33,770 nt of DNA, taken from assembly GCA_964540355.1 (NCBI GenBank), contig CAZIMU010000002.1, positions 1 through 33,770 on the forward strand, read 5' to 3'. Source of the DNA: an uncultured Fibrobacteraceae bacterium. GTDB taxonomy: Bacteria > Fibrobacterota > Fibrobacteria > Fibrobacterales > Fibrobacteraceae. Of this stretch, positions 9,287 through 18,917 are shown piece by piece (the first letter of the stretch is position 1; the number at the start of each line of letters is the position of its first letter). The notes beneath the pieces were generated by a model. That model saw only the letters and a list, made by a program, of their open reading frames with translations, did no database searches and was not told the origin of the DNA. A program made the translations under genes and the position numbers.

Positions 9287-9936
9287 TCAGCAACCGCCTG
9301 TTTGGTAGTGTTCACAAATACATCCATATTAAAAACATCGTTTTTTATTGGTGATTGTACGTTTATAATTCCGCTTCTCAGAGGAATTTGTTTTTTGTTG
9401 TCCCAGAGCGTGAATGTTACTATTATTGAAAAATTTTTGAATTTCTTTTTTTGAGACATTTCAACATTTGCCTTTGTGTAATCGTAAAAATTCTCTGCCT
9501 CCAAATCTCCGCCAACTGTGTATTCGTGGATTATGAAAAGATAGTTTGAATTGCCTATTTCCACCCCTTGTTCTGGGAACCTTGTTTTTATGAAAATTGT
9601 TTTATCCATTTTCAAAGTTTCACGTGAGAAATTTTCCTTGTCTTTTTTTGATATTGCAGAAACATTCCAATTTTTTGAGAGTTCGCTTAAAATAAGGGAA
9701 TCTGTGAGGGTTTCTAATATATTGTAAATGGAATCTCCTTGTATATTTAATTTTTCTGCAAACCAGCTAGTGCGGGTGAGCATAAAGGAATCGTCTAGCT
9801 GAACAACGCCAACGCTTTCTGTTTGGGCAGGAGGATTGCTATAAAATTTATGCGAATTAGTGAGCTTTTGCGAACAAGCCAAACATAGCATTAAAAAAAC
9901 ACTAGCCACCAACCACTTACCACTAGCCATCATCAA
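9268..9936 (-). CDS. Lipoprotein, function unknown
   Basis: The N-terminus ...VASVFLMLCLACSQ contains a lipobox. Lies in the operon downstream of pyrE. Confidence 0.6.
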   Translation of the reverse strand: MMMASGKWLVASVFLMLCLACSQKLTNSHKFYSNPPAQTESVGVVQLDDSFMLTRTSWFAEKLNIQGDSIYNILETLTDSLILSELSKNWNVSAISKKDKENFSRETLKMDKTIFIKTRFPEQGVEIGNSNYLFIIHEYTVGGDLEAENFYDYTKANVEMSQKKKFKNFSIIVTFTLWDNKKQIPLRSGIINVQSPIKNDVFNMDVFVNTTKQAVAECIKNL

Positions 9937-10573
9937 CCCCCCATTCCTTGCGATAGTTTTCGATTTGTTCTTTATATTCTTCTGGAGCGAATTTTAATAT
10001 ATCGTCTATTGAAGCTATTGAATAGGCTTCTATGCCATATTTTTCCTTCACCTGCTGCAATGCGCTTTTGCCATCTCCTAATTTTTCTTTTCTATCCATC
10101 GCAACTATTAAGCCAATAACTTTTGCATTTGGTATTAGGTCCATTATGTTCATTGTTTCTTCTATAGATGTGCCTGCGGTGATTACATCTTCTATTATTA
10201 CAACTTGTTTTGCTTCTGCGTAAAGGTCTCCCACCAAAACGCCGCCTTCTCCGTGGTCTTTTGCTTCTTTGCGGTTATAGGAAAAACTCACATTTATGCC
10301 ATATTCTTTTTGCAAAATAGCGGCAGTTGTGGCACAAAGAGGGATGCCTTTATATGCGGGTCCAAAAAGATTATCCGCTTTGCCTTCAAAATGTTCTTGG
10401 AAAATTTTTGCATAGCAAGCAGCGAGCAAGGCAAGTCCTTCGCCATTGCAAACCGTACCCATATTCACAAAATAAGGGCTTACCCTCCCGCTCTTGGTCA
10501 CAAAGCTACCAAATTTCATAGCTCCGCATTTAACCAAAAAAGGCACAAGCTCATTTGCGTTTGTCTGGGTCAT
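9923..10573 (-). CDS. pyrE: Orotate phosphoribosyltransferase
   Basis: Contains FGSFVTKSGRVSPYFVN and the PRPP-binding loop VVIIEDVITAGTS. Confidence 0.93.
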   Translation of the reverse strand: MTQTNANELVPFLVKCGAMKFGSFVTKSGRVSPYFVNMGTVCNGEGLALLAACYAKIFQEHFEGKADNLFGPAYKGIPLCATTAAILQKEYGINVSFSYNRKEAKDHGEGGVLVGDLYAEAKQVVIIEDVITAGTSIEETMNIMDLIPNAKVIGLIVAMDRKEKLGDGKSALQQVKEKYGIEAYSIASIDDILKFAPEEYKEQIENYRKEWGVDDG

Positions 10574-10841
10574 CGTCTCCTGCTTTATTGTCCCAAGCTG
10601 CTTTAACAGGGTCGTAGGCTTTGATTTTTGCCTCCAATTTATCGTACCAGTCTGGGTCGCGCTTGGTCTTGTTGAATATAATCAAGTTGTACACTAATAA
10701 TATGCACAGCATAACCACTACGCCTCGGATATTCTTCCTAGAACCTAGGTACAAGGCAAGCAGTAAAATAAAAGCAGCTATTAGGCCAAAATTATAGTGA
10801 ACCGTGTAGAATTCAGTGAGAATGTCAACCATCATAAACAA
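10551..10841 (-). CDS. Small two-helix membrane protein, hypothetical
   Basis: Two hydrophobic segments and a charged C-terminal tail. Overlaps the pyrE start by 23 nt. Confidence 0.5.
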   Translation of the reverse strand: MFMMVDILTEFYTVHYNFGLIAAFILLLALYLGSRKNIRGVVVMLCILLVYNLIIFNKTKRDPDWYDKLEAKIKAYDPVKAAWDNKAGDDDPDKRK

Positions 10842-10847
10842 GAACTC

Positions 10848-11693
10848 CTATAACTTTTTAACGGTTACGGTATATGGATTGGGTTTAGGATTTGTAGTAT
10901 TTTCAAAAATATTTATATAAAATGTGGATACCTTGTTAAGCGAATCAGAGCCTTGCAAATGTCCTGTTTTAACAGTATCTATCAGAGTGATGCTATATTT
11001 ATTATTCGCTGTGGTGCTATCGGTTTTATCGTTGCATGTACTTTTGTTTGTGGAATAGCAAGTTCCAAAGAACCTAACTTTGAGCGGAGTAATTTTATTT
11101 GAAACTGTTATTGAAATTCTATCATCGCGCTTTAACTTGAATTTATAAAAATCCTTAGTGTCTGAATTTTCAAAACCTCCCTCATTCATTCCCATATATT
11201 TGTCTATAACGCCAGCAAAGATAATTCCTTCGGTGATGTTCCCCAACGATTCTACATCGTTTGCATCTTCTTCTCTGTTGTTCGGTTCGTGGTCCAAAAT
11301 ATTATGGGTGGAAAAATAAAACACGGTTCTGTCTTTTACGTAATTATCAGAATTCTTTATATTTTTGAATTCTATGGAATCGCTTTTTCCTCCGGTAAAA
11401 TAATACGAGCCTGTATCGGCGGTTGTTCTATTTGTACCTATAAAGCGCAACTCATTGCTGCTTGTTTTTCTATCTACCCACTTCTTTCCATTACCTAAAA
11501 CCACATTTGATTCACTAGATGTATCTAAGCCAATCAAATTGGAGTTGAACTTAACCACAAGGGTATCGAAAGGTGAAATTAAGTTAGGGTATTTATTTAC
11601 CAATTCCGGCAGCACACCTTTGCCTTCGTCTTCACCACAGGCCGAAAGTATTGCCGCAAGGGCTATAATAGCGAGAATTTTTGTCTTGTTCAT
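10848..11693 (-). CDS. Lipoprotein, possibly with a pre-peptidase C-terminal (PPC)-like beta-sandwich
   Basis: Signal plus lipobox MNKTKILAIIALAAILSACG. The DTKDFYKFKLKRDDRISITV stretch resembles the PPC D.D.Y.F pattern. Confidence 0.65.
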   Translation of the reverse strand: MNKTKILAIIALAAILSACGEDEGKGVLPELVNKYPNLISPFDTLVVKFNSNLIGLDTSSESNVVLGNGKKWVDRKTSSNELRFIGTNRTTADTGSYYFTGGKSDSIEFKNIKNSDNYVKDRTVFYFSTHNILDHEPNNREEDANDVESLGNITEGIIFAGVIDKYMGMNEGGFENSDTKDFYKFKLKRDDRISITVSNKITPLKVRFFGTCYSTNKSTCNDKTDSTTANNKYSITLIDTVKTGHLQGSDSLNKVSTFYINIFENTTNPKPNPYTVTVKKL

Positions 11694-11699
11694 AGGTTA

Positions 11700-11710
11700 A
11701 ATATAGAAAA
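11700..11710 (-). promoter_or_regulatory. Exact TTTTCTATATT motif, 6 nt upstream of ATG 11693
   Basis: Exact 11-mer on the minus strand with no SD before the ATG. Confidence 0.45.
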
Positions 11711-11724
11711 TTTGTCTGATTTTG

Positions 11725-11881
11725 CATTTACTTGCATAGTAATGTCTAGCGAAGGGCACCATTATTGGTTTTTTTTTCAAAAAAATGCACATTCTTGCAA
11801 ACAGTTGTTGGCAAAATAACGATTTCAGGATTTTTTTTCCCGTTTTTTACGTCTAATAGGTAACGAAGAAAAAAACGGAGG
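11725..11881 (+). repeat. Shared ~160-bp leader/promoter module, copy 1 (upstream of the Rpn-family gene)
   Basis: Hand alignment to the reverse complement of 29050-29209 gives roughly nine-tenths identity from CATTTACTTGCATAGTA through ...TAGGTAACGAAGAAAAAACGGAGG. The match includes the SD. Confidence 0.8.
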
Positions 11882-11889
11882 ATTCAAAA

Positions 11890-12696
11890 ATGACCGAAGT
11901 CAAAATAAATCGCAATCACAAGGATAGCGTGTTCACAATGCTATTCAGCGAGCCACCTGCAGCACTGGAACTATACAATGCAGTGACGGGGCAAAACTAC
12001 CCGCCAGACACCAAAATTGAGATAGTGACTCTTTCAAACGCCATATTCAAAGGGCAATTGAACGACGTGGCTTTCGTGGTGGACGACAGGCTTGTAGTCC
12101 TGATGGAACACCAGTCATCCATCAATAACAACATACCGCTTAGGATGCTTATGTATTTGGGGAGGGAATACGAGCGAATAACTAAGGGCAAGGATTTGTA
12201 TAGAGAGAAGCTGATAAAAATCCCTGCACCGGAATTCATAGTTCTGTACAACGGTAAAGACGAGTTTCCCGATTTCAAGGAGCTTAGGCTTTCCGATTCT
12301 TTTAAAACCAAAGGCAAGGGCAATCTTGAGCTTGTCGCAAGCGTTTACAACATCAACAAGGGTCGCAATGCAGAGATAGCCAGTAAGAGTCCTGTTTTGA
12401 ACGGCTACAACGAGCTTATAGCGGAAATAAACAAGAATCGCCAGACGATGGAACTTGCGGAAGCTATAGAAGTTGCTATAAAGAGTTGTGTGAAGCGTAA
12501 CATTTTAGTATATTTCCTAGAGAAGCACGCTTCGGAGGTTTTGAATATGCTTTTTACTGAATGGAACCTTGACGATGCCCTTGAGGTTGCGAAGGAAGAG
12601 GCCCAGGATGAGTTGTTTGCTCTATGGGAAAGTGGCATTTCCGTGGCGGAAGCCAAGGAAATACTCCGCAAACAAACCCGCACAGCAACTGCATAG
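11890..12696 (+). CDS. Rpn-family recombination-promoting nuclease / PD-(D/E)XK putative transposase
   Basis: Contains HKDSVFTMLFSEP, NDVAFVVDDRLVVLMEHQSSINNNIPLRML.Y (D...E.Q nuclease core) and IPAPEFIVLYNG. GGAGG SD lies upstream. Confidence 0.85.
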   Translation: MTEVKINRNHKDSVFTMLFSEPPAALELYNAVTGQNYPPDTKIEIVTLSNAIFKGQLNDVAFVVDDRLVVLMEHQSSINNNIPLRMLMYLGREYERITKGKDLYREKLIKIPAPEFIVLYNGKDEFPDFKELRLSDSFKTKGKGNLELVASVYNINKGRNAEIASKSPVLNGYNELIAEINKNRQTMELAEAIEVAIKSCVKRNILVYFLEKHASEVLNMLFTEWNLDDALEVAKEEAQDELFALWESGISVAEAKEILRKQTRTATA

Positions 12697-12720
12697 CGGG
12701 ATTTTACCCCCTTGCGGGGG
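12685..12720. repeat. 36-nt repeat with a CCCCC-N4-GGGGG hairpin, copy 1 (inverted partner at 28323-28358)
   Basis: GCAACTGCATAGCGGGATTTTACCCCCTTGCGGGGG matches the reverse complement of 28323-28358 at 35 of 36 positions. The single mismatch is in the loop. Confidence 0.9.
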
Positions 12721-12727
12721 CTTTTTA
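12707..12727 (+). terminator. Probable intrinsic terminator of the Rpn-family gene
   Basis: CCCCC TTGC GGGGG followed by CTTTTT. Confidence 0.55.
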
Positions 12728-12745
12728 GAAAGCACAAAAAATTTA

Positions 12746-15700
12746 CTAATAGCAATCGGATCGCATTTGTGGAGTTCCTGTTTTAGATGTAACAGACAGC
12801 CATGCACCATTCGTACCAGCAGGACAAGCATTGGATTCGCAAAGTGCTACTGTACTTGATGTACATGATATAGATTTGGAAGAGCCATTGCTACAATATA
12901 TGGTGCCACTCAAAGTACTAGCATTATTGGTATTATTGTAAATTTTAAGAGGAAGATTATTATTTGTAGTACACTGATTTGTCAAATTTAAGCAATCCCC
13001 TACGGAGGGATTAGTATTATTACCAAAAGTGCTTCCAGCACCACACGTTCCTCCTCCACCGCCAGAGCTAGATGAAGCCGCTACTATGGTAATATCCCCA
13101 CATGATACCTCACCGTTGACAACTTGGTTATCACACTTGACATTTGATACAGTTATGGTGCTTGTTCCCACTGAAGTATAATATGTTGTATATGTTTCTA
13201 ATGCGGCATTATTACCGCTGCTGTTTCTCCAGTTATTTGAGTTCATTGGAGAAATTCCAGTTATATTGAAATTCGCATTGGTTTTATCGCGGGTACCGTT
13301 GGAACAAGAGATAACTATTTGAATAGGCTCTTGAACTTGATATGTACGTGGGCTAAATGCGCAAGTTATTGATGGACCCGATGAGTTGCTACTCGGCGCA
13401 CTGCTAGAACTGCTTACGGTTGGGGTGCTTCCGCCGCCGCTACCGCAATTTATGGAACCGGATGTATAGGTAAAATTGCTTATCCATGAGCCAACATACA
13501 CATAATAACCACCATCTTTCTTAGCAGTTAAAAGGCTTGGGCAACTTGCATTTCCCGCAGATCCGGCAGCCCACGACTGACCACATGCAAATTCGGAATT
13601 ATTGTTAGGCGTGATCACCGTGCCATTTACCGTGAGGCTAGCACCCTGCATCTTAGAAATATCCCTTACAAAGAAACAATTTCCAGAGGTGGGGTTGCTT
13701 GGCGGAGCAGGAACGTTCTGAGCTTTAGTGTAGTCGCCATTGCACCAGCTGGCATTATACGCACACGCCGCCGCACTGCTCAGTGGCACGGCTGAGGAGG
13801 AACTGCTTGCCCGCGAACTGCTAGACACAGAATTGCTGCTTGGGCAAGTGGTGGCACCAGTGGTAAGAGAACCTTCGCAAAGCATTCCGCTTTTTTCGTT
13901 TGACATCCTACCAAGTATTATTGGATTTCCATCGCAATTAATTCTGAACATATAAACATAAGCATTAGTTCTAGCACTAATAGTTTGGGTAGTTGTTGGG
14001 GTAAAGCCAACCCAAGCGTTATTTGAAGATAGATTTCCACCATTGGCGGCGGTATATCTGAAACTGGAATCAATTGTAATGGTAGCTTCGCCGCCGTACC
14101 CGCAACCGTATTCTATGGCTGAGAATGGTATGGAAGTGCCCGTGAAACAAGTTTGGGCTACGCGGCACCAAGGAGCGTAATCGCAATTACTGAATGCATC
14201 AACAGAGCCACACTTTATTCCATTGAAATCGCCATCTGTGCCAAAAGTAAGACGCTCTCCATCGCAGCGAATATCATACATATAAATATCTCTCTCTGCG
14301 CCCTCGCTACCAAATTTATGAGGTTCAGGAGGACTGCGATTCCACTTGACATCGGTTGGTGAAATTCTTTTATATCCACCATTACTAGCAGCATTACCTT
14401 GCCAAGAGGTGTATTTGAATTTAGCAGCTGTGGCTTCGGAATTGCGATCGCCACCGCAGCCGTATTGCGGAACTGGTATGGCGTAATCGTAACAGCCACC
14501 GGAGACATAGCACCAAGGGGCGTAAGAGGCACTTGAAAGGGAATAACCTGAGTCAGAACTGCCACCGCCGCCACCGCCACTACTTGAACTCGCTTTGCTT
14601 GAACTGCTTTTGCTTGAACTGCTTATAACAGCGGATGAGCCTGGTGGTGGGTCGTCTGAGATAGCTCCAGAATGTATTTGCAAAAAGAATGGACTTATCT
14701 TGGTGTTGTTAAATACGCACTCGTAAATGCCGTCTTCTGGAGCAGCTGGGTTATAGCTTCCACAATTGTCTGGCGGCCCAAAAGTCGGCTTTGGTTCATT
14801 TGAGGGGTAATTCAAATATAGGAAGTTGTAATAGTCTTTTAAACTAGTAATGCTGGGTTTATCAGTTTTTTTGAAACGGAGAATTCGGGGCATAACTAAA
14901 ACAGAAGCTTCAATTTTATTCTCGCTGTTTTCCTTTTCTTTGCTGATGTATTTGCTTTCCAAGTCAACCCTTAAACGTGGGCTAAGTGGAACAAAGAAAT
15001 TATCATATATCGGAGGAATACTGCTCGGAGGTAGCTTGCAACCGGTTGAATCGGGGAATGCGCAATTTCTTCCACCTTCCTCGTACATACATAAAACTCC
15101 TTGTTCCATTAGCTCTTTAACAAATTCGGAGTTGCTCTCAGTTGTTAAAAATCCATTTCCTTGAGCGTTAACATGATTCATAACCGCACATTTATTCATA
15201 AAAATATTGCCGTGCAGTTTTCTACTGTCTGTTGCATCAAATTGATTTATATCTCCATCGCTGAAAATAAAATAATTGTAATCATCGCATTTATTGGATT
15301 TACTGCAAGATTTACCTTTTGGAGTACCGGCAAGCTCAATTCTGCCCGGGAAACCATTTGGCAAATAAAGCATAACCTCTACCCCTTTTGCGGTTGGGGG
15401 AAGATAGAGATAACATTGCTGCCCATTGAGGTTGCAAGCGGATAATTCATATATAATTATGTATTTGCCAGATGTTATGGTGCCTGGGTTAGGGTTTCCG
15501 CCCCACTTGCTTGCATACTGTTTTATATCTTGATTAGTACTCGCAGGCTCATCTTTTACATAGACTACCAACCATTCGTTCCACTTACGCTCTGCGGGTT
15601 TATTTTTTGTATCATTATAGCAATTTTGAAGGTCGCTGCCAATATCTCTTGGAGGGTAAGAGGGAAAGGCAAGCTCCATAAGTTTGGGGTTGCCTCCGCA

Positions 15701-17224
15701 GTAGCTCGATAACTCCCAGCCGCATCTAGCTGTGGTCTCGCAACTGCCGGGTTTATCTTTTCTATGTACCCAGTCACTCGGATTAGTTTTTTTAGCTTCG
15801 TCATAAATAGTGGTATCAAATTGTATGGGAGGATTTGCGCAACTTAGAGTGTCATCAGAAAGTTTATCTTTCAAGTGCTTCAATGTATCTGCGTACCAGT
15901 GGGATTTAGGAGTGCAAGATGCTTGAACATTTGTGGCTTTGGTACGAATTTGAATGTTGTTGTTATCTTTAAAGCAAGCCGCAGATGGGGCTGTGGAACA
16001 ATACGAGGGCGCACTAGAAGTAATTTTTGTCATATTCCCTGGTACGCAAACAGTATCGGTTGTTTTACTGCCAAGGAATGGAACGGGCTTTGATATTCCA
16101 TCACTAGGAATTGTGCCTGTCAAGGCATTTTTAATATACGCATTTCCATAAACCGCAAGAGAATCGGTGTTATTTTGGGCAGTTCTTGTAAGGGTAATGG
16201 TTCCAGCATCCATAACTAAATTTTTTGCAACACTAAAACCTAAACCACCTCCGCCACTATTTGTCCAATATTTAAAATTTCCCTGAATAGTGCTATTTCC
16301 GCCTATTGATACTACTCCGCCACTAGCTTGTCCAGCACAACCACCAGTTCCGCCAGTGGCACCGTTATTTATGCTCTCGTTGGGATTTACTCCGCCTTTC
16401 AAATAAGCGTCTCCAGTGATATTTATAGCACCTTTAGGATGAAATTCTTTTTCCACATATAAATTGCCTCTTATATTATCATTGCTTAGGGAGCCAGTTG
16501 AGCAAAAATCAAAATCGCCTGTGGAATATACATCTCCATAAACATCTATGCCATGATTTGCATAATAATTTCCATCTAAAACCAAATAACCAGGTTTTGC
16601 TGCACTTCCTATTTTAATCGAATTTAAAGCTTGACCACCTTTGTTTTTAATTGCCACGTCTTGGGTTACAACCGCTCTCGCTGATTCTATCTCGTTCACT
16701 GTTCCCATATTTCCCCAAAAGTCTTCATCGTAGTCTGGGCATAATGTTTTTTTTGTTTGAGACCCTTGAAAAGCCAGTTTGTATAAGCCATTCACGCTGT
16801 AAATTGCAGTTTGCTGTACTTTTGAGCCATCTCTGCCCACGCCAATGCTTTGGAATTTCAATTTGATTTTGCTTTTGTTAGACGTGTCTATGCCTGTTAG
16901 GTACACTCTATAGTATATGTTGTTAGGGTTGTTGTTTAAGTTTCCCAGCACATTATTGTTATTATTTGTTAGTTCATAAGCTTTTTTATTGTTTGCTGTT
17001 GAATAAAAATTCTTTACCACTGCGCCCACATCAGGTGCTTTGTAAGAAAGCCAAGCGTAAACGGCATCTAAGCCGGCTTCGCTCGCCTGATACGCCTCGC
17101 TCTGTTTTAAGCGGCTACCGCTTGCAAAGTTTTCAGAGCCAATCCATTTATACACAACCACACCTGCCGTGGTTGCCGCAAGCATAAACATCAAAACAGC
17201 GATTAAAGAAATACCGCGTTTCAT
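12746..17224 (-). CDS. Giant (1492 aa) PilX/GspK-N-terminal-like pseudopilin fusion; putative pilus-tip adhesin, left paralog
   Basis: N-terminus MKRGISLIAVLMFMLAATTAG (PilX_N-like hydrophobic helix without a G-F cleavage motif). ATGA overlap with the upstream PilW-like gene. Gly-rich repeat core, Ser/Gly linkers and Cys-bracketed C-terminal modules. The first ~850 aa are paralogous to 23060-28237. Confidence 0.8.
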   Translation of the reverse strand: MKRGISLIAVLMFMLAATTAGVVVYKWIGSENFASGSRLKQSEAYQASEAGLDAVYAWLSYKAPDVGAVVKNFYSTANNKKAYELTNNNNNVLGNLNNNPNNIYYRVYLTGIDTSNKSKIKLKFQSIGVGRDGSKVQQTAIYSVNGLYKLAFQGSQTKKTLCPDYDEDFWGNMGTVNEIESARAVVTQDVAIKNKGGQALNSIKIGSAAKPGYLVLDGNYYANHGIDVYGDVYSTGDFDFCSTGSLSNDNIRGNLYVEKEFHPKGAINITGDAYLKGGVNPNESINNGATGGTGGCAGQASGGVVSIGGNSTIQGNFKYWTNSGGGGLGFSVAKNLVMDAGTITLTRTAQNNTDSLAVYGNAYIKNALTGTIPSDGISKPVPFLGSKTTDTVCVPGNMTKITSSAPSYCSTAPSAACFKDNNNIQIRTKATNVQASCTPKSHWYADTLKHLKDKLSDDTLSCANPPIQFDTTIYDEAKKTNPSDWVHRKDKPGSCETTARCGWELSSYCGGNPKLMELAFPSYPPRDIGSDLQNCYNDTKNKPAERKWNEWLVVYVKDEPASTNQDIKQYASKWGGNPNPGTITSGKYIIIYELSACNLNGQQCYLYLPPTAKGVEVMLYLPNGFPGRIELAGTPKGKSCSKSNKCDDYNYFIFSDGDINQFDATDSRKLHGNIFMNKCAVMNHVNAQGNGFLTTESNSEFVKELMEQGVLCMYEEGGRNCAFPDSTGCKLPPSSIPPIYDNFFVPLSPRLRVDLESKYISKEKENSENKIEASVLVMPRILRFKKTDKPSITSLKDYYNFLYLNYPSNEPKPTFGPPDNCGSYNPAAPEDGIYECVFNNTKISPFFLQIHSGAISDDPPPGSSAVISSSSKSSSSKASSSSGGGGGGSSDSGYSLSSASYAPWCYVSGGCYDYAIPVPQYGCGGDRNSEATAAKFKYTSWQGNAASNGGYKRISPTDVKWNRSPPEPHKFGSEGAERDIYMYDIRCDGERLTFGTDGDFNGIKCGSVDAFSNCDYAPWCRVAQTCFTGTSIPFSAIEYGCGYGGEATITIDSSFRYTAANGGNLSSNNAWVGFTPTTTQTISARTNAYVYMFRINCDGNPIILGRMSNEKSGMLCEGSLTTGATTCPSSNSVSSSSRASSSSSAVPLSSAAACAYNASWCNGDYTKAQNVPAPPSNPTSGNCFFVRDISKMQGASLTVNGTVITPNNNSEFACGQSWAAGSAGNASCPSLLTAKKDGGYYVYVGSWISNFTYTSGSINCGSGGGSTPTVSSSSSAPSSNSSGPSITCAFSPRTYQVQEPIQIVISCSNGTRDKTNANFNITGISPMNSNNWRNSSGNNAALETYTTYYTSVGTSTITVSNVKCDNQVVNGEVSCGDITIVAASSSSGGGGGTCGAGSTFGNNTNPSVGDCLNLTNQCTTNNNLPLKIYNNTNNASTLSGTIYCSNGSSKSISCTSSTVALCESNACPAGTNGAWLSVTSKTGTPQMRSDCY

Positions 17225-18489
17225 AAACCCCCCGTTGCCGTTGCTTCTATTCCATTGTTAGGAGTTGGAATAACCATTTCAACACTGCCAACCTCTTTTT
17301 CTTTTCCTCTTTTAACTTTCAAATTGAGCTTAAATGCTTTCACATTTTTTTTATCTGCGGTCGGTGGTGTATAATTGGTATTTGTAAAGTTATAGGCTTT
17401 ATCATTTTTTTGCATTACTTTAAAATCTTCAATTTTTAAAGTACCATTGGATGCCTTGCTAGGATTGTAAAAAGAAAATTCAAATGCTATGCAGATATCT
17501 TGTGATGCGGGAACAGAAAATTCCATATAGTGATTTTCCGCATCGCTATCGCTTGTTTGCGGGGGCCAAAACATGAATCTTTTGAATACACTGTCTAAGT
17601 CTGTATATTTTGCGAGCCCTACTGCAATATGATCTTTTCCTGGCTGGAAAAAAGCCATATCATCAGGAACACCGTTATTTTTACTAATAGGCGTTCTGAA
17701 TTGAATTGCATAAACTGTGTCTTTTTTAAAATTGAATTTATGGCAAGCATTAGGACTTGTATTTGAGGCTCCAACTAGAATTTGGTTTAGATTTTTTTGA
17801 CCAGCACTATTATTTACAAAACCACTTATTTTGTTATCTGAGCTTATACCAGGAGAACTAAGTTGCTTAACTTGATTTTGGTTTCCACGGTCTATTAGTT
17901 TGAATGTTGACTCTCCAGCTTTTGGAAATAAAATATTTGGGATTACTGGTGTGCTTTCCAGCAAGGTGAATTTCTCCACTCCGGTAGCCATTGCAAGCGA
18001 ATCGGGACATTCGTCTTTGCTAATACTAGCAGATTTGGGGCATTTTGTATCGTCAAGTTGTTCGCATCTGCGCCAAAGACTGCTGTCTGGTTTTACTTCC
18101 CAAGTTATTTTCAACACTGCGCTGCAAGTTCCATCGTCCTTGTAATGTATCTTGTGGAATATAAGCTTGTGAAAATTAGCATTGCTTTTATCCAAATTGT
18201 AAGAGCTTGAATCAGGTTGGGGGGTTGCGGTTAAATTGTAGTAAACTTTTTCGGCTATCAAAAAATTATCGGTGGTATTATTGACTTTCCAGCTTTTGGC
18301 ACCCAACTGAGAAATATCTTCTTTTAGGATTGCTGCCACTTTATTGACTTCCTCTGTTGCTTTTGTCATATTTTGGGTTCTAACCCTCATGCTGGTGGAA
18401 TCGCTAAAAGCACGGCCTGCAACGATTATTATAAAACTCATTATCGCCATATACACAAGAAGCTCTATAAGTGTAAATGCTTTTTTCAT
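17221..18489 (-). CDS. PilW/GspJ-like minor (pseudo)pilin, left paralog
   Basis: MKKAFTLIELLVYMAIMSFIIIVAG is a prepilin N-terminal cleavage/methylation motif. ATGA overlaps at both ends. Confidence 0.85.
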   Translation of the reverse strand: MKKAFTLIELLVYMAIMSFIIIVAGRAFSDSTSMRVRTQNMTKATEEVNKVAAILKEDISQLGAKSWKVNNTTDNFLIAEKVYYNLTATPQPDSSSYNLDKSNANFHKLIFHKIHYKDDGTCSAVLKITWEVKPDSSLWRRCEQLDDTKCPKSASISKDECPDSLAMATGVEKFTLLESTPVIPNILFPKAGESTFKLIDRGNQNQVKQLSSPGISSDNKISGFVNNSAGQKNLNQILVGASNTSPNACHKFNFKKDTVYAIQFRTPISKNNGVPDDMAFFQPGKDHIAVGLAKYTDLDSVFKRFMFWPPQTSDSDAENHYMEFSVPASQDICIAFEFSFYNPSKASNGTLKIEDFKVMQKNDKAYNFTNTNYTPPTADKKNVKAFKLNLKVKRGKEKEVGSVEMVIPTPNNGIEATATGGL

Positions 18490-18917
18490 TTTATAATCCT
18501 CTCTTCTTTTATTTCCAGATTATTGTTTTTAAATGGCCATCTAACAGTCAAATTAACTCTTTTCGCCGATACATTCAAAGTGTCAACACCGGAATATCTT
18601 GCGTAATCGCTGCTCTCTATGGAGTTTATATTTTCTACGTCCCATGTTATGGTGTAAGTCCTTTTGTCTATTATTTTTCCGCCATTGCCTTCCCATTCTT
18701 TATCTACGGTTGCTGGACCTCCTGTTTTTATAGACTCAATTCCCAATCTGCTCAGGCTGTCCATAAAATTCTGCGCAATAATTTGAGCCGCATCTCTTGT
18801 GCGAATTCTTATAACCGCCTCTCTATTTCCTTTTTGCAAAAGATTCAGCCCAACAAGAAGAAATCCCAGCACAACAGCTGAGATCATAACTTCAAGAAGA
18901 CCAAATCCCTTTTTCAC
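18486..18917 (-). CDS. PilV/GspI-like minor (pseudo)pilin, left paralog
   Basis: A GTG start at 18917 gives MKKGFGLLEVMISAVVLGFLL with a short prepilin leader. GTGA overlap with the upstream stop and GGGAGG upstream. The ORF-track TTG start at 18929 is less likely. Confidence 0.8.
   Translation of the reverse strand: MKKGFGLLEVMISAVVLGFLLVGLNLLQKGNREAVIRIRTRDAAQIIAQNFMDSLSRLGIESIKTGGPATVDKEWEGNGGKIIDKRTYTITWDVENINSIESSDYARYSGVDTLNVSAKRVNLTVRWPFKNNNLEIKEERIIK

Noticed and set aside
12405-12859. ORFs 12405-12755(-), 12569-12859(+) and 12622-12831(-) spanning the Rpn 3' end and the giant-gene 3' end
   Set aside because: They overlap two better-supported genes and the 36-nt repeat/terminator. 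No motifs are present.
13040-14640. Ser/Gly-coding low-complexity DNA (about 14556-14640, 13780-13850, 13375-13445, 13040-13085) as tandem repeats/VNTR
   Set aside because: The runs are imperfect and codon-heterogeneous, and they encode interdomain linkers. No exact unit repetition suggests slippage.
13740-16866. Many 60-120-aa ORFs antisense to or out of frame with the left giant gene (e.g. 13740-13955, 14215-14580, 14850-15164, 15161-15445), and likewise inside the right giant gene (23341-23751, 25489-25851, 27109-27429)
   Set aside because: These are shadow ORFs inside long, well-supported coding regions. They have low-complexity or odd composition and no start signals.
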